Positions 13,036-23,143 of a stretch of DNA of 31,958 bases are shown here, one piece after another. Source of the DNA: Cyanophora paradoxa CCMP329 (Eukaryota > Plantae > Glaucophyta); NCBI GenBank assembly GCA_004431415.1, contig QPMI01000344.1:1-31958 (forward strand), read 5' to 3'. Within the stretch, counting starts at the first letter, position 1. Each line of letters starts with the position of its first letter. The position numbers and the translations under genes are program-made. The notes under the pieces were generated by a model, which saw nothing but the letters and a program-made list of their open reading frames with translations, had not been told where the DNA came from and ran no database searches.

Positions 13036-13153
13036 AGTGTACAGCACCCGATGTTCCCAGGTGGTCCCCACCCTAGTACTAGTCGGGCCTGACCGGGCTT
13101 AGCTTCCGTAATCGGACGGGAACGGGCGCTTTTCCGGTAGTATGGCCGTACAC
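13036..13153 (-). rRNA. 5S rRNA copy 18
   Basis: 118 nt. Confidence 0.96.
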
Positions 13154-13792
13154 GAAGGCTTCCCCTTCCACGCCCACCCCAATCCCTTCCGCCGCCCCGC
13201 CCACCTCCGCCCCGCGCCCCGCCGCCCCTCTCCCGGCCCCTCGCCCTCCAGCTCGCGCACCTTCCTTCGCGCCCGCGCCTCCCGCTCGCCTCCCGCCGCC
13301 CTCCGGCCGCCTCCAGCAGCGCCGCCGCCCGCACCCGCCTGCGCGCGCCGCTGCGGCGTCAGCTCCGGCCCCCGGCGCCCCGGCGCGGCGCCCGCGCCCT
13401 CCTCCGCGCCGCGCACCGCGTTCGGGCCCGCGCGGAGCTCAGCAGCTGCGCCGGGCGCGCCGCCCGCAGAAGCGCCTAAGGCCTGCTGCAGCGCTCCGCC
13501 GCCCGCGCCGGCCTGCACGCCGCCGGCCTCCCGGCCTCCGCGCCCCGGTGCCCGCCGCAGCGTCCTCGGCGCACGCCGCCGGCAGATCCAGCCGCCCGCG
13601 ACGCCCGCCGAGCGCCCAGCGCGAGCCTGCTGCGAGGGGCGGCGTCAGCGAGGGCAGAGAGGCGGCCGCGGGCAGCTGCGAGGGCGGGAGGGGCCCCGGG
13701 AGGGCAGGGCGCGACCCCGCGGGCCCAGAGGGCGCGCCCCGGCGGCCAGAGGAGCTAGAGAAGAGGCCGAGGGGGCAGCGAGGACGGCAAAA

Positions 13793-13911
13793 AGTGTACA
13801 GCACCCGATGTTCCCAGGTGGTCCCCCACCCTAGTACTAGTCGGGCCTGACCGGGCTTAGCTTCCGTAATCGGACGGGAACGGGCGCTTTTCCGGTAGTA
13901 TGGCCGTACAC
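13793..13911 (-). rRNA. 5S rRNA copy 19
   Basis: 119-nt consensus. Confidence 0.97.
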
Positions 13912-14549
13912 GAAGGCTTCCCCTTCCACGCCCACCCAATCCCTTCCGCCGCCCCGCCCACCTCCGCCCCGCGCCCCGCCGCCCCTCTCCCGGCCCCTCG
14001 CCCTCCAGCTCGCGCACCTTCCTTCGCGCCCGCGCCTCCCGCTCGCCTCCCGCCGCCCTCCGGCCGCCTCCAGCAGCGCCGCCGCCCGCACCCGCCTGCG
14101 CGCGCCGCTGCGGCGTCAGCTCCGGCCCCCGGCGCCCCGGCGCGGCGCCCGCGCCCTCCTCCGCGCCGCGCACCGCGTTCGGGCCCGCGCGGAGCTCAGC
14201 AGCTGCGCCCGGGCGCGCCGCCCGCAGAAGCGCCTAAGGCCTGCTGCAGCGCTCCGCCGCCCGCGCCGGCCTGCACGCCGCCGGCCTCCCGGCCTCCGCG
14301 CCCCGTGCCCGCCGCAGCGTCCTCGGCGCACGCCGCCGGCAGATCCAGCCGCCCGCGACGCCCGCCGAGCGCCCAGCGCGAGCCTGCTGCGAGGGGCGGC
14401 GTCAGCGAGGGCAGAGAGGCGGCCGCGGGCAGCTGCGAGGGGCGGGAGGGGCCCCGGGAGGGCAGGGCGCGACCCCGCGGGCCCAGAGGGCGCGCCCGGC
14501 GGCCAGAGGAGCTAGAGAAGAGGCCGAGGGGGCAGCGAGGACGGCAAAA

Positions 14550-14668
14550 AGTGTACAGCACCCGATGTTCCCAGGTGGTCCCCCACCCTAGTACTAGTCG
14601 GGCCTGACCGGGCTTAGCTTCCGTAATCGGACGGGAACGGGCGCTTTTCCGGTAGTATGGCCGTACAC
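14550..14668 (-). rRNA. 5S rRNA copy 20
   Basis: 119-nt consensus. Confidence 0.97.
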
Positions 14669-15300
14669 GAAGGCTTCCCCTTCCACGCCCACCCCAATCC
14701 CTTCCGCCGCCCCGCCCACCTCCGCCCCGCGCCCCGCCGCCCCTCTCCCGGCCCCTCGCCCTCCAGCTCGCGCACCTTCCTTCGCGCCCGCGCCTCCCGC
14801 TCGCCTCCCGCCGCCCTCCGGCCGCCTCCAGCAGCGCCGCCGCCCGCCCCGCCTGCGCGCGCCGCTGCGGCGTCAGCTCCGGCCCCCGGCGCCCGGCGCG
14901 GCGCCCGCGCCCTCCTCCGCGCCGCGCACCGCGTTCGGGCCCGCGGGAGCTCAGCAGCTGCGCCGGGCGCGCCGCCCGCAGAGCGCCTAGGCCTGCTGCA
15001 GCGCTCCGCCGCCCGCGCCGGCCTGCACGCCGCCGGCCTCCCGGCCTCCGCGCCCCGGCCCGCCGCAGCGTCCTCGGCGCACGCCGCCGGCAGATCCAGC
15101 CGCCCGCGACGCCCGCCGAGCGCCCAGCGCGAGCCTGCTGCGAGGGGCGGCGTCAGCGAGGGCAGAGAGGCGGCCGCGGGCAGCTGCGAGGGGCGGGAGG
15201 GGCCCCGGGAGGGCAGGGCGCGCCCCGCGGGCCCAGAGGGCGCGCCCGGCGGCCAGAGGAGCTAGAGAAGAGGGCCGAGGGGGCAGCGAGGACGGCAAAA

Positions 15301-15418
15301 AGTGTACAGCACCCGATGTTCCCAGGTGGTCCCCACCCTAGTACTAGTCGGGCCTGACCGGGCTTAGCTTCCGTAATCGGACGGGAACGGGCGCTTTTCC
15401 GGTAGTATGGCCGTACAC
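15301..15418 (-). rRNA. 5S rRNA copy 21
   Basis: 118 nt. Confidence 0.96.
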
Positions 15419-16049
15419 GAAGGCTTCCCCTTCCACGCCCACCCCAATCCCTTCCGCCGCCCGCCCACCTCCGCCCCGCGCCCCGCCGCCCTCTCCCGGC
15501 CCCTCGCCCTCCAGCTCGCGCACCTTCCTTCGCGCCCGCGCCTCCCGCTCGCCTCCCGCCGCCCTCCGGCCGCCTCCAGCAGCGCCGCCGCCCGCCCCGC
15601 CTGCGCGCGCCGCTGCGGCGTCAGCTCCGGCCCCCGGCGCCCCGGCGCGGCGCCCGCGCCCTCTCCGCGCCGCGCACCGCGTTCGGGCCCGCGCGGAGCT
15701 CAGCAGCTGCGCCGGGCGCGCCGCCCGCAGCAGCGCCTAGGCCTGCTGCAGCGCTCCGCCGCCCGCGCCGGCCTGCACGCCGCCGGCCTCCCGGCCTCCG
15801 CGCCCCAGCGCCCGCCGCAGCGTCCTCGGCGCACGCCGCCGGCAGATCCAGCCGCCCGCGACGCCCGCCGAGCGCCCAGCGCGAGCCTGCTGCGAGGGGC
15901 GGCGTCAGCGAGGGCAGAGAGGCGGCCGCGGGCAGCTGCGAGGGCGGGAGGGGCCCCGGGAGGGCAGGGCGCGCCCCGCGGGCCCAGAGGGCGCGCCCGG
16001 CGGCCAGAGGAGCTAGAGAAGAGGCCGAGGGGGCAGCGAGACGGCAAAA

Positions 16050-16168
16050 AGTGTACAGCACCCGATGTTCCCAGGTGGTCCCCCACCCTAGTACTAGTCG
16101 GGCCTGACCGGGCTTAGCTTCCGTAATCGGACGGGAACGGGCGCTTTTCCGGTAGTATGGCCGTACAC
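16050..16168 (-). rRNA. 5S rRNA copy 22
   Basis: 119-nt consensus. Confidence 0.97.
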
Positions 16169-16815
16169 GAAGGCTTCCCCTTCCACGCCCACCCCAATCC
16201 CTTCCGCCGCCCCGCCCACCTCCGCCCCGCGCCCCGCCGCCCCTCTCCCGGCCCCTCGCCCTCCAGCTCGCGCACCTTCCTTCGCGCCCGCGCCTCCCGC
16301 TCGCCTCCCGCCGCCCTCCGGCCGCCTCCAGCAGCGCCGCCGCCCGCCGCCGCCTGCGCGCGCCGCTGCGGCGTCAGCTCCGGCCCCCGGCGCCCCGGCG
16401 CGGCGCCCGCGCCCTCTCCGCGCCGCGCACCGCGTTCGGGCCCGCGGGAGCTCAGCAGCTGCGCCGGGCGCGCCGCCCGCAGCAGCGCCTAGGCCTGCTG
16501 CAGCGCTCCGCCGCCCGCGCCGGCCTGCACGCCGCCGGCCTCCCGGCCTCCGCGCCCCAGCGCCCGCCGCAGCGTCCTCGGCGCACGCCGCCGGCAGATC
16601 CAGCCGCCCGCGACGCCCGCCGAGCGCCCAGCGCGAGCCTGCTGCGAGGGCGGCGTCAGCGAGGGCAGAGAGGCGGCCGCGGGCAGCTGCGAGGGCGGGA
16701 GGGGCCCCGGGAGGGCAGGGCGCGGCCCCGCGGGCCCAGAGGGCGCGTCCCGGCGGCCAGAGGAGCTAGAGAGAGAGAGGAGAGGAGAGGCCGAGGGGCA
16801 GCGAAGACGGCAAAA

Positions 16816-16933
16816 AGTGTACAGCACCCGATGTTCCCAGGTGGTCCCCACCCTAGTACTAGTCGGGCCTGACCGGGCTTAGCTTCCGTAATCGGACGGG
16901 AACGGGCGCTTTTCCGGTAGTATGGCCGTACAC
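16816..16933 (-). rRNA. 5S rRNA copy 23 (type B flank)
   Basis: 118 nt. Confidence 0.96.
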
Positions 16934-17533
16934 GAAGGCTTCCCCTTCCACGCCCACCCCAATCCCTTCCGCCGCCCCGCCCACCTCCGCCCCGCGCCCG
17001 CCGCCCTCTCCCGGCCCCTCGCCCTCCAGCTCGCGCACCTTCCTTCGCGCCCGCGCCTCCCGCTCGCCTCCCGCCGCCCTCCGGCCGCCTCCAGCAGCGC
17101 CGCCGCCCGCCGCCGCCTGCGCGCGCCGCTGCGGCGTCAGCTCCGGCCCCCGGCGCCCCGGCGCGGCGCCCGCGCCCTCTTCCGCGCCGCGCACCGCGTT
17201 CGGGCCCGCGGGAGCTCAGCAGCTGCGCCGGGCGCGCCGCCCGCAGCAGCGCCTAGGCCTGCTGCAGCGCTCCGCCGCCCGCGCCGGCCTGCACGCCGCC
17301 GGCCTCCCGGCCTCCGCGCCCCAGCGCCCGCCGCAGCGTCCTCGGCGCACGCCGCCGGCAGATCCAGCCGCCCGCGACGCCCGCCGAGCGCCCAGCGCGA
17401 GCCTGCTGCGAGGGGCGGCGTCAGCGAGGGCAGAGAGGCGGCCGCGGGCAGCTGCGAGGGGCGGGAGGGGGCCCGGGAGGGCAGGGCGCGGCCCCGCGGG
17501 CCCAGAGGGCGCGTCCCGGCGGCCAGAGGAGCT

Positions 17534-17563
17534 AGAGAAGAGGAGAGGAGAGGAGAGAAGAGG
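17534..17563 (+). repeat. (GAGAG)-type polypurine microsatellite insertion found only in type B spacers (11 units)
   Basis: agagaagaggagaggagaggagagaagagg versus agagaagagg in type A. Confidence 0.9.
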
Positions 17564-17586
17564 CCGAGGGGGGCAGCGAAGACGGC

Positions 17587-17591
17587 AAAAA
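17587..17591 (-). terminator. Pol III oligo-dT terminator (T5) at the 5S 3' end; present in every copy (T4-T6)
   Basis: aaaaa on the + strand directly abuts the gene 3' end and is the only A run of this length in the unit. Confidence 0.88.
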
Positions 17592-17709
17592 GTGTACAGC
17601 ACCCGATGTTCCCAGGTGGTCCCCCACCCTAGTACTAGTCGGGCCTGACCGGGCTTAGCTTCCGTAATCGGACGGGAACGGGCGCTTTTCCGGTAGTATG
17701 GCCGTACAC
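17591..17709 (-). rRNA. 5S rRNA copy 24 (reference copy, type B flank)
   Basis: 119-nt consensus; helix I GUGUACGGC/GCUGUACAC; helix IV GGGUGG-GGGA-CCACCU with GNRA loop D; loop E AGUA. Confidence 0.98.
17613..17660 (-). promoter_or_regulatory. Pol III type-1 internal control region (box A about nt 50-64 = 17646-17660; box C about nt 80-97 = 17613-17630); repeated in every copy
   Basis: Box A AGCTAAGCCCGGTCA and box C AGGGTGGGGGACCACCTG lie at the canonical positions and resemble the Xenopus ICR (AGCTAAGCAGGGTCG / TGGATGGGAGACCGCCTG). Confidence 0.85.
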
Positions 17710-18368
17710 GAAGGCTTCCCCTTCCACGCCCACCCCAATCCCTTCCGCCGCCCCGCCCACCTCCGCCCCGCGCCCCGCCGCCCCTCTCCGGCCCTCGCCC
17801 TCCAGCTCGCGCACCTTCCTTCGCGCCCGCGCCTCCCGCTCGCCTCCCGCCGCCCTCCGGCCGCCTCCAGCAGCGCCGCCGCCCGCCGCCGCCTGCGCGC
17901 GCCGCTGCGGCGTCAGCTCCGGCCCCCGGCGCCCCGGCGCGGCGCCCGCGCCCTCTTCCGCGCCGCGCACCGCGTTCGGGCCCGCGGGGAGCTCAGCAGC
18001 TGCGCCGGGCGCGCCGCCCGCAGCAGCGCCTAGGCCTGCTGCAGCGCTCCGCCGCCCGCGCCGGCCTGCACGCCGCCGGCCTCCCGGCCTCCGCGCCCCA
18101 GCGCCCGCCGCAGCGTCCTCGGCGCACGCCGCCGGCAGATCCAGCCGCCCGCGACGCCCGCCGAGCGCCCAGCGCGAGCCTGCTGCGAGGGGCGGCGTCA
18201 GCGAGGGCAGAGAGGCGGCCGCGGGCAGCTGCGAGGGGCGGGAGGGGGCCCCGGGAGGGCAGGGCGCGGCCCCGCGGGCCCAGAGGGCGCGTCCCGGCGG
18301 CCAGAGGAGCTAGAGAAGAGGAGAGGAGAGGAGAGGAGAGGCCGAGGGGGGCAGCGAAGACGGCAAAA
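17710..18368. other. Non-transcribed spacer (type B example); extremely GC- and CpG-rich
   Basis: Lies between consecutive 5S genes; no RNA gene or credible CDS recognised. Confidence 0.9.
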
Positions 18369-18486
18369 AGTGTACAGCACCCGATGTTCCCAGGTGGTCC
18401 CCACCCTAGTACTAGTCGGGCCTGACCGGGCTTAGCTTCCGTAATCGGACGGGAACGGGCGCTTTTCCGGTAGTATGGCCGTACAC
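18369..18486 (-). rRNA. 5S rRNA copy 25
   Basis: 118 nt. Confidence 0.96.
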
Positions 18487-19142
18487 GAAGGCTTCCCCTT
18501 CCACGCCCACCCCAATCCCTTCCGCCGCCCCGCCCACCTCCGCCCGCGCCCCGCCGCCCCTCTCCCGGCCCCTCGCCCTCCAGCTCGCGCACCTTCCTTC
18601 GCGCCCGCGCCTCCCGCTCGCCTCCCGCCGCCCTCCGGCCGCCTCCAGCAGCGCCGCCGCCCGCCGCCGCCTGCGCGCGCCGCTGCGGCGTCAGCTCCGG
18701 CCCCCGGCGCCCCGGCGCGGCGCCCGCGCCCTCTTCCGCGCCGCGCACCGCGTTCGGGCCCGCGGGAGCTCAGCAGCTGCGCCGGGCGCGCCGCCCGCAG
18801 CAGCGCCTAGGCCTGCTGCAGCGCTCCGCCGCCCGCGCCGGCCTGCACGCCGCCGGCCTCCCGGCCTCCGCGCCCCAGCGCCCGCCGCAGCGTCCTCGGC
18901 GCACGCCGCCGGCAGATCCAGCCGCCCGCGACGCCCGCCGAGCGCCCAGCGCGAGCCTGCTGCGAGGGGCGGCGTCAGCGAGGGCAGAGAGGCGGCCGCG
19001 GGCAGCTGCGAGGGGCGGGAGGGGCCCCGGGAGGGCAGGGCGCGGCCCCGCGGGCCCAGAGGGCGCGTCCCGGCGGCCAGAGGAGCTAGAGAAGAGGAGA
19101 GGAGAGGAGAGAGAGGCCGAGGGGGCAGCGAAGACGGCAAAA

Positions 19143-19260
19143 AGTGTACAGCACCCGATGTTCCCAGGTGGTCCCCACCCTAGTACTAGTCGGGCCTGAC
19201 CGGGCTTAGCTTCCGTAATCGGACGGGAACGGGCGCTTTTCCGGTAGTATGGCCGTACAC
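19143..19260 (-). rRNA. 5S rRNA copy 26
   Basis: 118 nt. Confidence 0.96.
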
Positions 19261-19920
19261 GAAGGCTTCCCCTTCCACGCCCACCCCAATCCCTTCCGCC
19301 GCCCCGCCCACCTCCGCCCCGCGCCCCGCCGCCCCTCTCCCGGCCCCTCGCCCTCCAGCTCGCGCACCTTCCTTCGCGCCCGCGCCTCCCGCTCGCCTCC
19401 CGCCGCCCTCCGGCCGCCTCCAGCAGCGCCGCCGCCCGCCGCCGCCTGCGCGCGCCGCTGCGGCGTCAGCTCCGGCCCCGGCGCCCCGGCGCGGCGCCCG
19501 CGCCCTCTTCCGCGCCGCGCACCGCGTTCGGGCCCGCGGGGAGCTCAGCAGCTGCGCCGGGCGCGCCGCCCGCAGCAGCGCCTAGGCCTGCTGCAGCGCT
19601 CCGCCGCCCGCGCCGGCCTGCACGCCGCCGGCCTCCCGGCCTCCGCGCCCCAGCGCCCGCCGCAGCGTCCTCGGCGCACGCCGCCGGCAGATCCAGCCGC
19701 CCGCGACGCCCGCCGAGCGCCCAGCGCGAGCCTGCTGCGAGGGGCGGCGTCAGCGAGGGCAGAGAGGCGGCCGCGGGCAGCTGCGAGGGGCGGGAGGGGG
19801 CCCCGGGAGGGCAGGGCGCGGCCCCGCGGGCCCAGAGGGCGCGTCCCGGCGGCCAGAGGAGCTAGAGAAGAGGAGAGGAGAGGAGAGAAGAGGCCGAGGG
19901 GGGCAGCGAAGACGGCAAAA

Positions 19921-20039
19921 AGTGTACAGCACCCGATGTTCCCAGGTGGTCCCCCACCCTAGTACTAGTCGGGCCTGACCGGGCTTAGCTTCCGTAATCG
20001 GACGGGAACGGGCGCTTTTCCGGTAGTATGGCCGTACAC
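19921..20039 (-). rRNA. 5S rRNA copy 27
   Basis: 119-nt consensus. Confidence 0.97.
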
Positions 20040-20699
20040 GAAGGCTTCCCCTTCCACGCCCACCCCAATCCCTTCCGCCGCCCCGCCCACCTCCGCCCCG
20101 CGCCCCGCCGCCCCTCTCCCGGCCCCTCGCCCTCCAGCTCGCGCACCTTCCTTCGCGCCCGCGCCTCCCGCTCGCCTCCCGCCGCCCTCCGGCCGCCTCC
20201 AGCAGCGCCGCCGCCCGCCGCCGCCTGCGCGCGCCGCTGCGGCGTCAGCTCCGGCCCCCGGCGCCCCGGCGCGGCGCCCGCGCCCTCTTCCGCGCCGCGC
20301 ACCGCGTTCGGGCCCGCGGGAGCTCAGCAGCTGCGCCGGGCGCGCCGCCCGCAGCAGCGCCTAGGCCTGCTGCAGCGCTCCGCCGCCCGCGCCGGCCTGC
20401 ACGCCGCCGGCCTCCCGGCCTCCGCGCCCCAGCGCCCGCCGCAGCGTCCTCGGCGCACGCCGCCGGCAGATCCAGCCGCCCGCGACGCCCGCCGAGCGCC
20501 CAGCGCGAGCCTGCTGCGAGGGGCGGCGTCAGCGAGGGCAGAGAGGCGGCCGCGGGCAGCTGCGAGGGGCGGGAGGGGGCCCCGGGAGGGCAGGGCGCGG
20601 CCCCGCGGGCCCAGAGGGCGCGTCCCGGCGGCCAGAGGAGCTAGAGAAGAGGAGAGGAGAGGAGAGAAGAGGCCGAGGGGGGCAGCGAAGACGGCAAAA

Positions 20700-20818
20700 A
20701 GTGTACAGCACCCGATGTTCCCAGGTGGTCCCCCACCCTAGTACTAGTCGGGCCTGACCGGGCTTAGCTTCCGTAATCGGACGGGAACGGGCGCTTTTCC
20801 GGTAGTATGGCCGTACAC
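20700..20818 (-). rRNA. 5S rRNA copy 28
   Basis: 119-nt consensus. Confidence 0.97.
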
Positions 20819-21474
20819 GAAGGCTTCCCCTTCCACGCCCATCCCAATCCCTTCCGCCGCCCCGCCCACCTCCGCCCCGCGCCCCGCCGCCCCTCTCCCG
20901 GCCCTCGCCCTCCAGCTCGCGCACCTTCCTTCGCGCCCGCGCCTCCCGCTCGCCTCCCGCCGCCCTCCGGCCGCCTCCAGCAGCGCCGCCGCCCGCCGCC
21001 GCCTGCGCGCGCCGCTGCGGCGTCAGCTCCGGCCCCGGCGCCCCGGCGCGGCGCCCGCGCCCTCTTCCGCGCCGCGCACCGCGTTCGGGCCCGCGGGGAG
21101 CTCAGCAGCTGCGCCGGGCGCGCCGCCCGCAGCAGCGCCTAGGCCTGCTGCAGCGCTCCGCCGCCCGCGCCGGCCTGCACGCCGCCGGCCTCCCGGCCTC
21201 CGCGCCCCAGCGCCCGCCGCAGCGTCCTCGGCGCACGCCGCCGGCAGATCCAGCCGCCCGCGACGCCCGCCGAGCGCCCAGCGCGAGCCTGCTGCGAGGG
21301 CGGCGTCAGCGAGGGCAGAGAGGCGGCCGCGGGCAGCTGCGAGGGGCGGGAGGGGCCCCGGGAGGGCAGGGCGCGGCCCCGCGGGCCCAGAGGGCGCGTC
21401 CCGGCGGCCAGAGGAGCTAGAGAAGAGGAGAGGAGAGGAGAGAGAGGCCGAGGGGGGCAGCGAAGACGGCAAAA

Positions 21475-21593
21475 AGTGTACAGCACCCGATGTTCCCAGG
21501 TGGTCCCCCACCCTAGTACTAGTCGGGCCTGACCGGGCTTAGCTTCCGTAATCGGACGGGAACGGGCGCTTTTCCGGTAGTATGGCCGTACAC
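21475..21593 (-). rRNA. 5S rRNA copy 29
   Basis: 119-nt consensus. Confidence 0.97.
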
Positions 21594-22252
21594 GAAGGCT
21601 TCCCCTTCCACGCCCACCCCAATCCCTTCCGCCGCCCCGCCCACCTCCGCCCGCGCCCCGCCGCCCCTCTCCCGGCCCCTCGCCCTCCAGCTCGCGCACC
21701 TTCCTTCGCGCCCGCGCCTCCCGCTCGCCTCCCGCCGCCCTCCGGCCGCCTCCAGCAGCGCCGCCGCCCGCCGCCGCCTGCGCGCGCCGCTGCGGCGTCA
21801 GCTCCGGCCCCGGCGCCCCGGCGCGGCGCCCGCGCCCTCTTCCGCGCCGCGCACCGCGTTCGGGCCCGCGGGGAGCTCAGCAGCTGCGCCGGGCGCGCCG
21901 CCCGCAGCAGCGCCTAGGCCTGCTGCAGCGCTCCGCCGCCCGCGCCGGCCTGCACGCCGCCGGCCTCCCGGCCTCCGCGCCCCAGCGCCCGCCGCAGCGT
22001 CCTCGGCGCACGCCGCCGGCAGATCCAGCCGCCCGCGACGCCCGCCGAGCGCCCAGCGCGAGCCTGCTGCGAGGGGCGGCGTCAGCGAGGGCAGAGAGGC
22101 GGCCGCGGGCAGCTGCGAGGGGCGGGAGGGGGCCCCGGGAGGGCAGGGCGCGGCCCCGCGGGCCCAGAGGGCGCGTCCCGGCGGCCAGAGGAGCTAGAGA
22201 AGAGGAGAGGAGAGGAGAGGAGAGGCCGAGGGGGGCAGCGAAGACGGCAAAA

Positions 22253-22371
22253 AGTGTACAGCACCCGATGTTCCCAGGTGGGACCCCACCCTAGTACTAG
22301 TCGGGCCTGACCGGGCTTAGCTTCCGTAATCGGACGGGAACGGGCGCTTTTCCGGTAGTATGGCCGTACAC
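22253..22371 (-). rRNA. 5S rRNA copy 30, variant (nt 89-90 GA>UC in box C/loop D; possible pseudogene)
   Basis: ggtgggaccccacc instead of ggtggtcccccacc on the + strand; full 119-nt length retained. Confidence 0.88.
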
Positions 22372-23025
22372 GAAGACTTCCCCTTCCACGCCCACCCCAA
22401 TCCCTTCCGCCGCCCCGCCCACCTCCGCCCCGCGCCCCGCCGCCCCTCTCCCGGCCCTCGCCCTCCAGCTCGCGCACCTTCCTTCGCGCCCGCGCCTCCC
22501 GCTCGCCTCCCGCCGCCCTCCGGCCGCCTCCAGCAGCGCCGCCGCCCGCCGCCGCCTGCGCGCGCCGCTGCGGCGTCAGCTCCGGCCCCGGCGCCCCGGC
22601 GCGGCGCCCGCGCCCTCTTCCGCGCCGCGCACCGCGTTCGGGCCCGCGGGAGCTCAGCAGCTGCGCCGGGCGCGCCGCCCGCAGCAGCGCCTAGGCCTGC
22701 TGCAGCGCTCCGCCGCCCGCGCCGGCCTGCACGCCGCCGGCCTCCGGCCTCCGCGCCCCAGCGCCCGCCGCAGCGTCCTCGGCGCACGCCGCCGGCAGAT
22801 CCAGCCGCCCGCGACGCCCGCCGAGCGCCCAGCGCGAGCCTGCTGCGAGGGGCGGCGTCAGCGAGGGCAGAGAGGCGGCCGCGGGCAGCTGCGAGGGGCG
22901 GGAGGGGCCCCGGGAGGGCAGGGCGCGGCCCCGCGGGCCCAGAGGGCGCGTCCCGGCGGCCAGAGGAGCTAGAGAAGAGGAGAGGAGAGGAGAGAGAGGC
23001 CGAGGGGGCAGCGAAGACGGCAAAA

Positions 23026-23143
23026 AGTGTACAGCACCCGATGTTCCCAGGTGGTCCCCACCCTAGTACTAGTCGGGCCTGACCGGGCTTAGCTTCCGTA
23101 ATCGGACGGGAACGGGCGCTTTTCCGGTAGTATGGCCGTACAC
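23026..23143 (-). rRNA. 5S rRNA copy 31
   Basis: 118 nt. Confidence 0.96.

Noticed and set aside
17629-17638. Perfect palindrome CTAGTACTAG as an operator or recombination site
   Set aside because: It is the conserved loop E region (UAGUACU) of eukaryotic 5S rRNA and is explained by RNA structure.
17710-18368. Hidden SL RNA, snRNA or tRNA gene in the spacer, as in nematode, euglenid or dinoflagellate 5S units
   Set aside because: No Sm site (RAU4-6GR), no tRNA cloverleaf or B box, and no second oligo-T terminator are visible; the spacer has almost no T runs. An Rfam cmscan would be the definitive test.
20842-20842. Single c>t change upstream of copy 28
   Set aside because: It is an isolated SNP that cannot be distinguished from error, and no function can be inferred.
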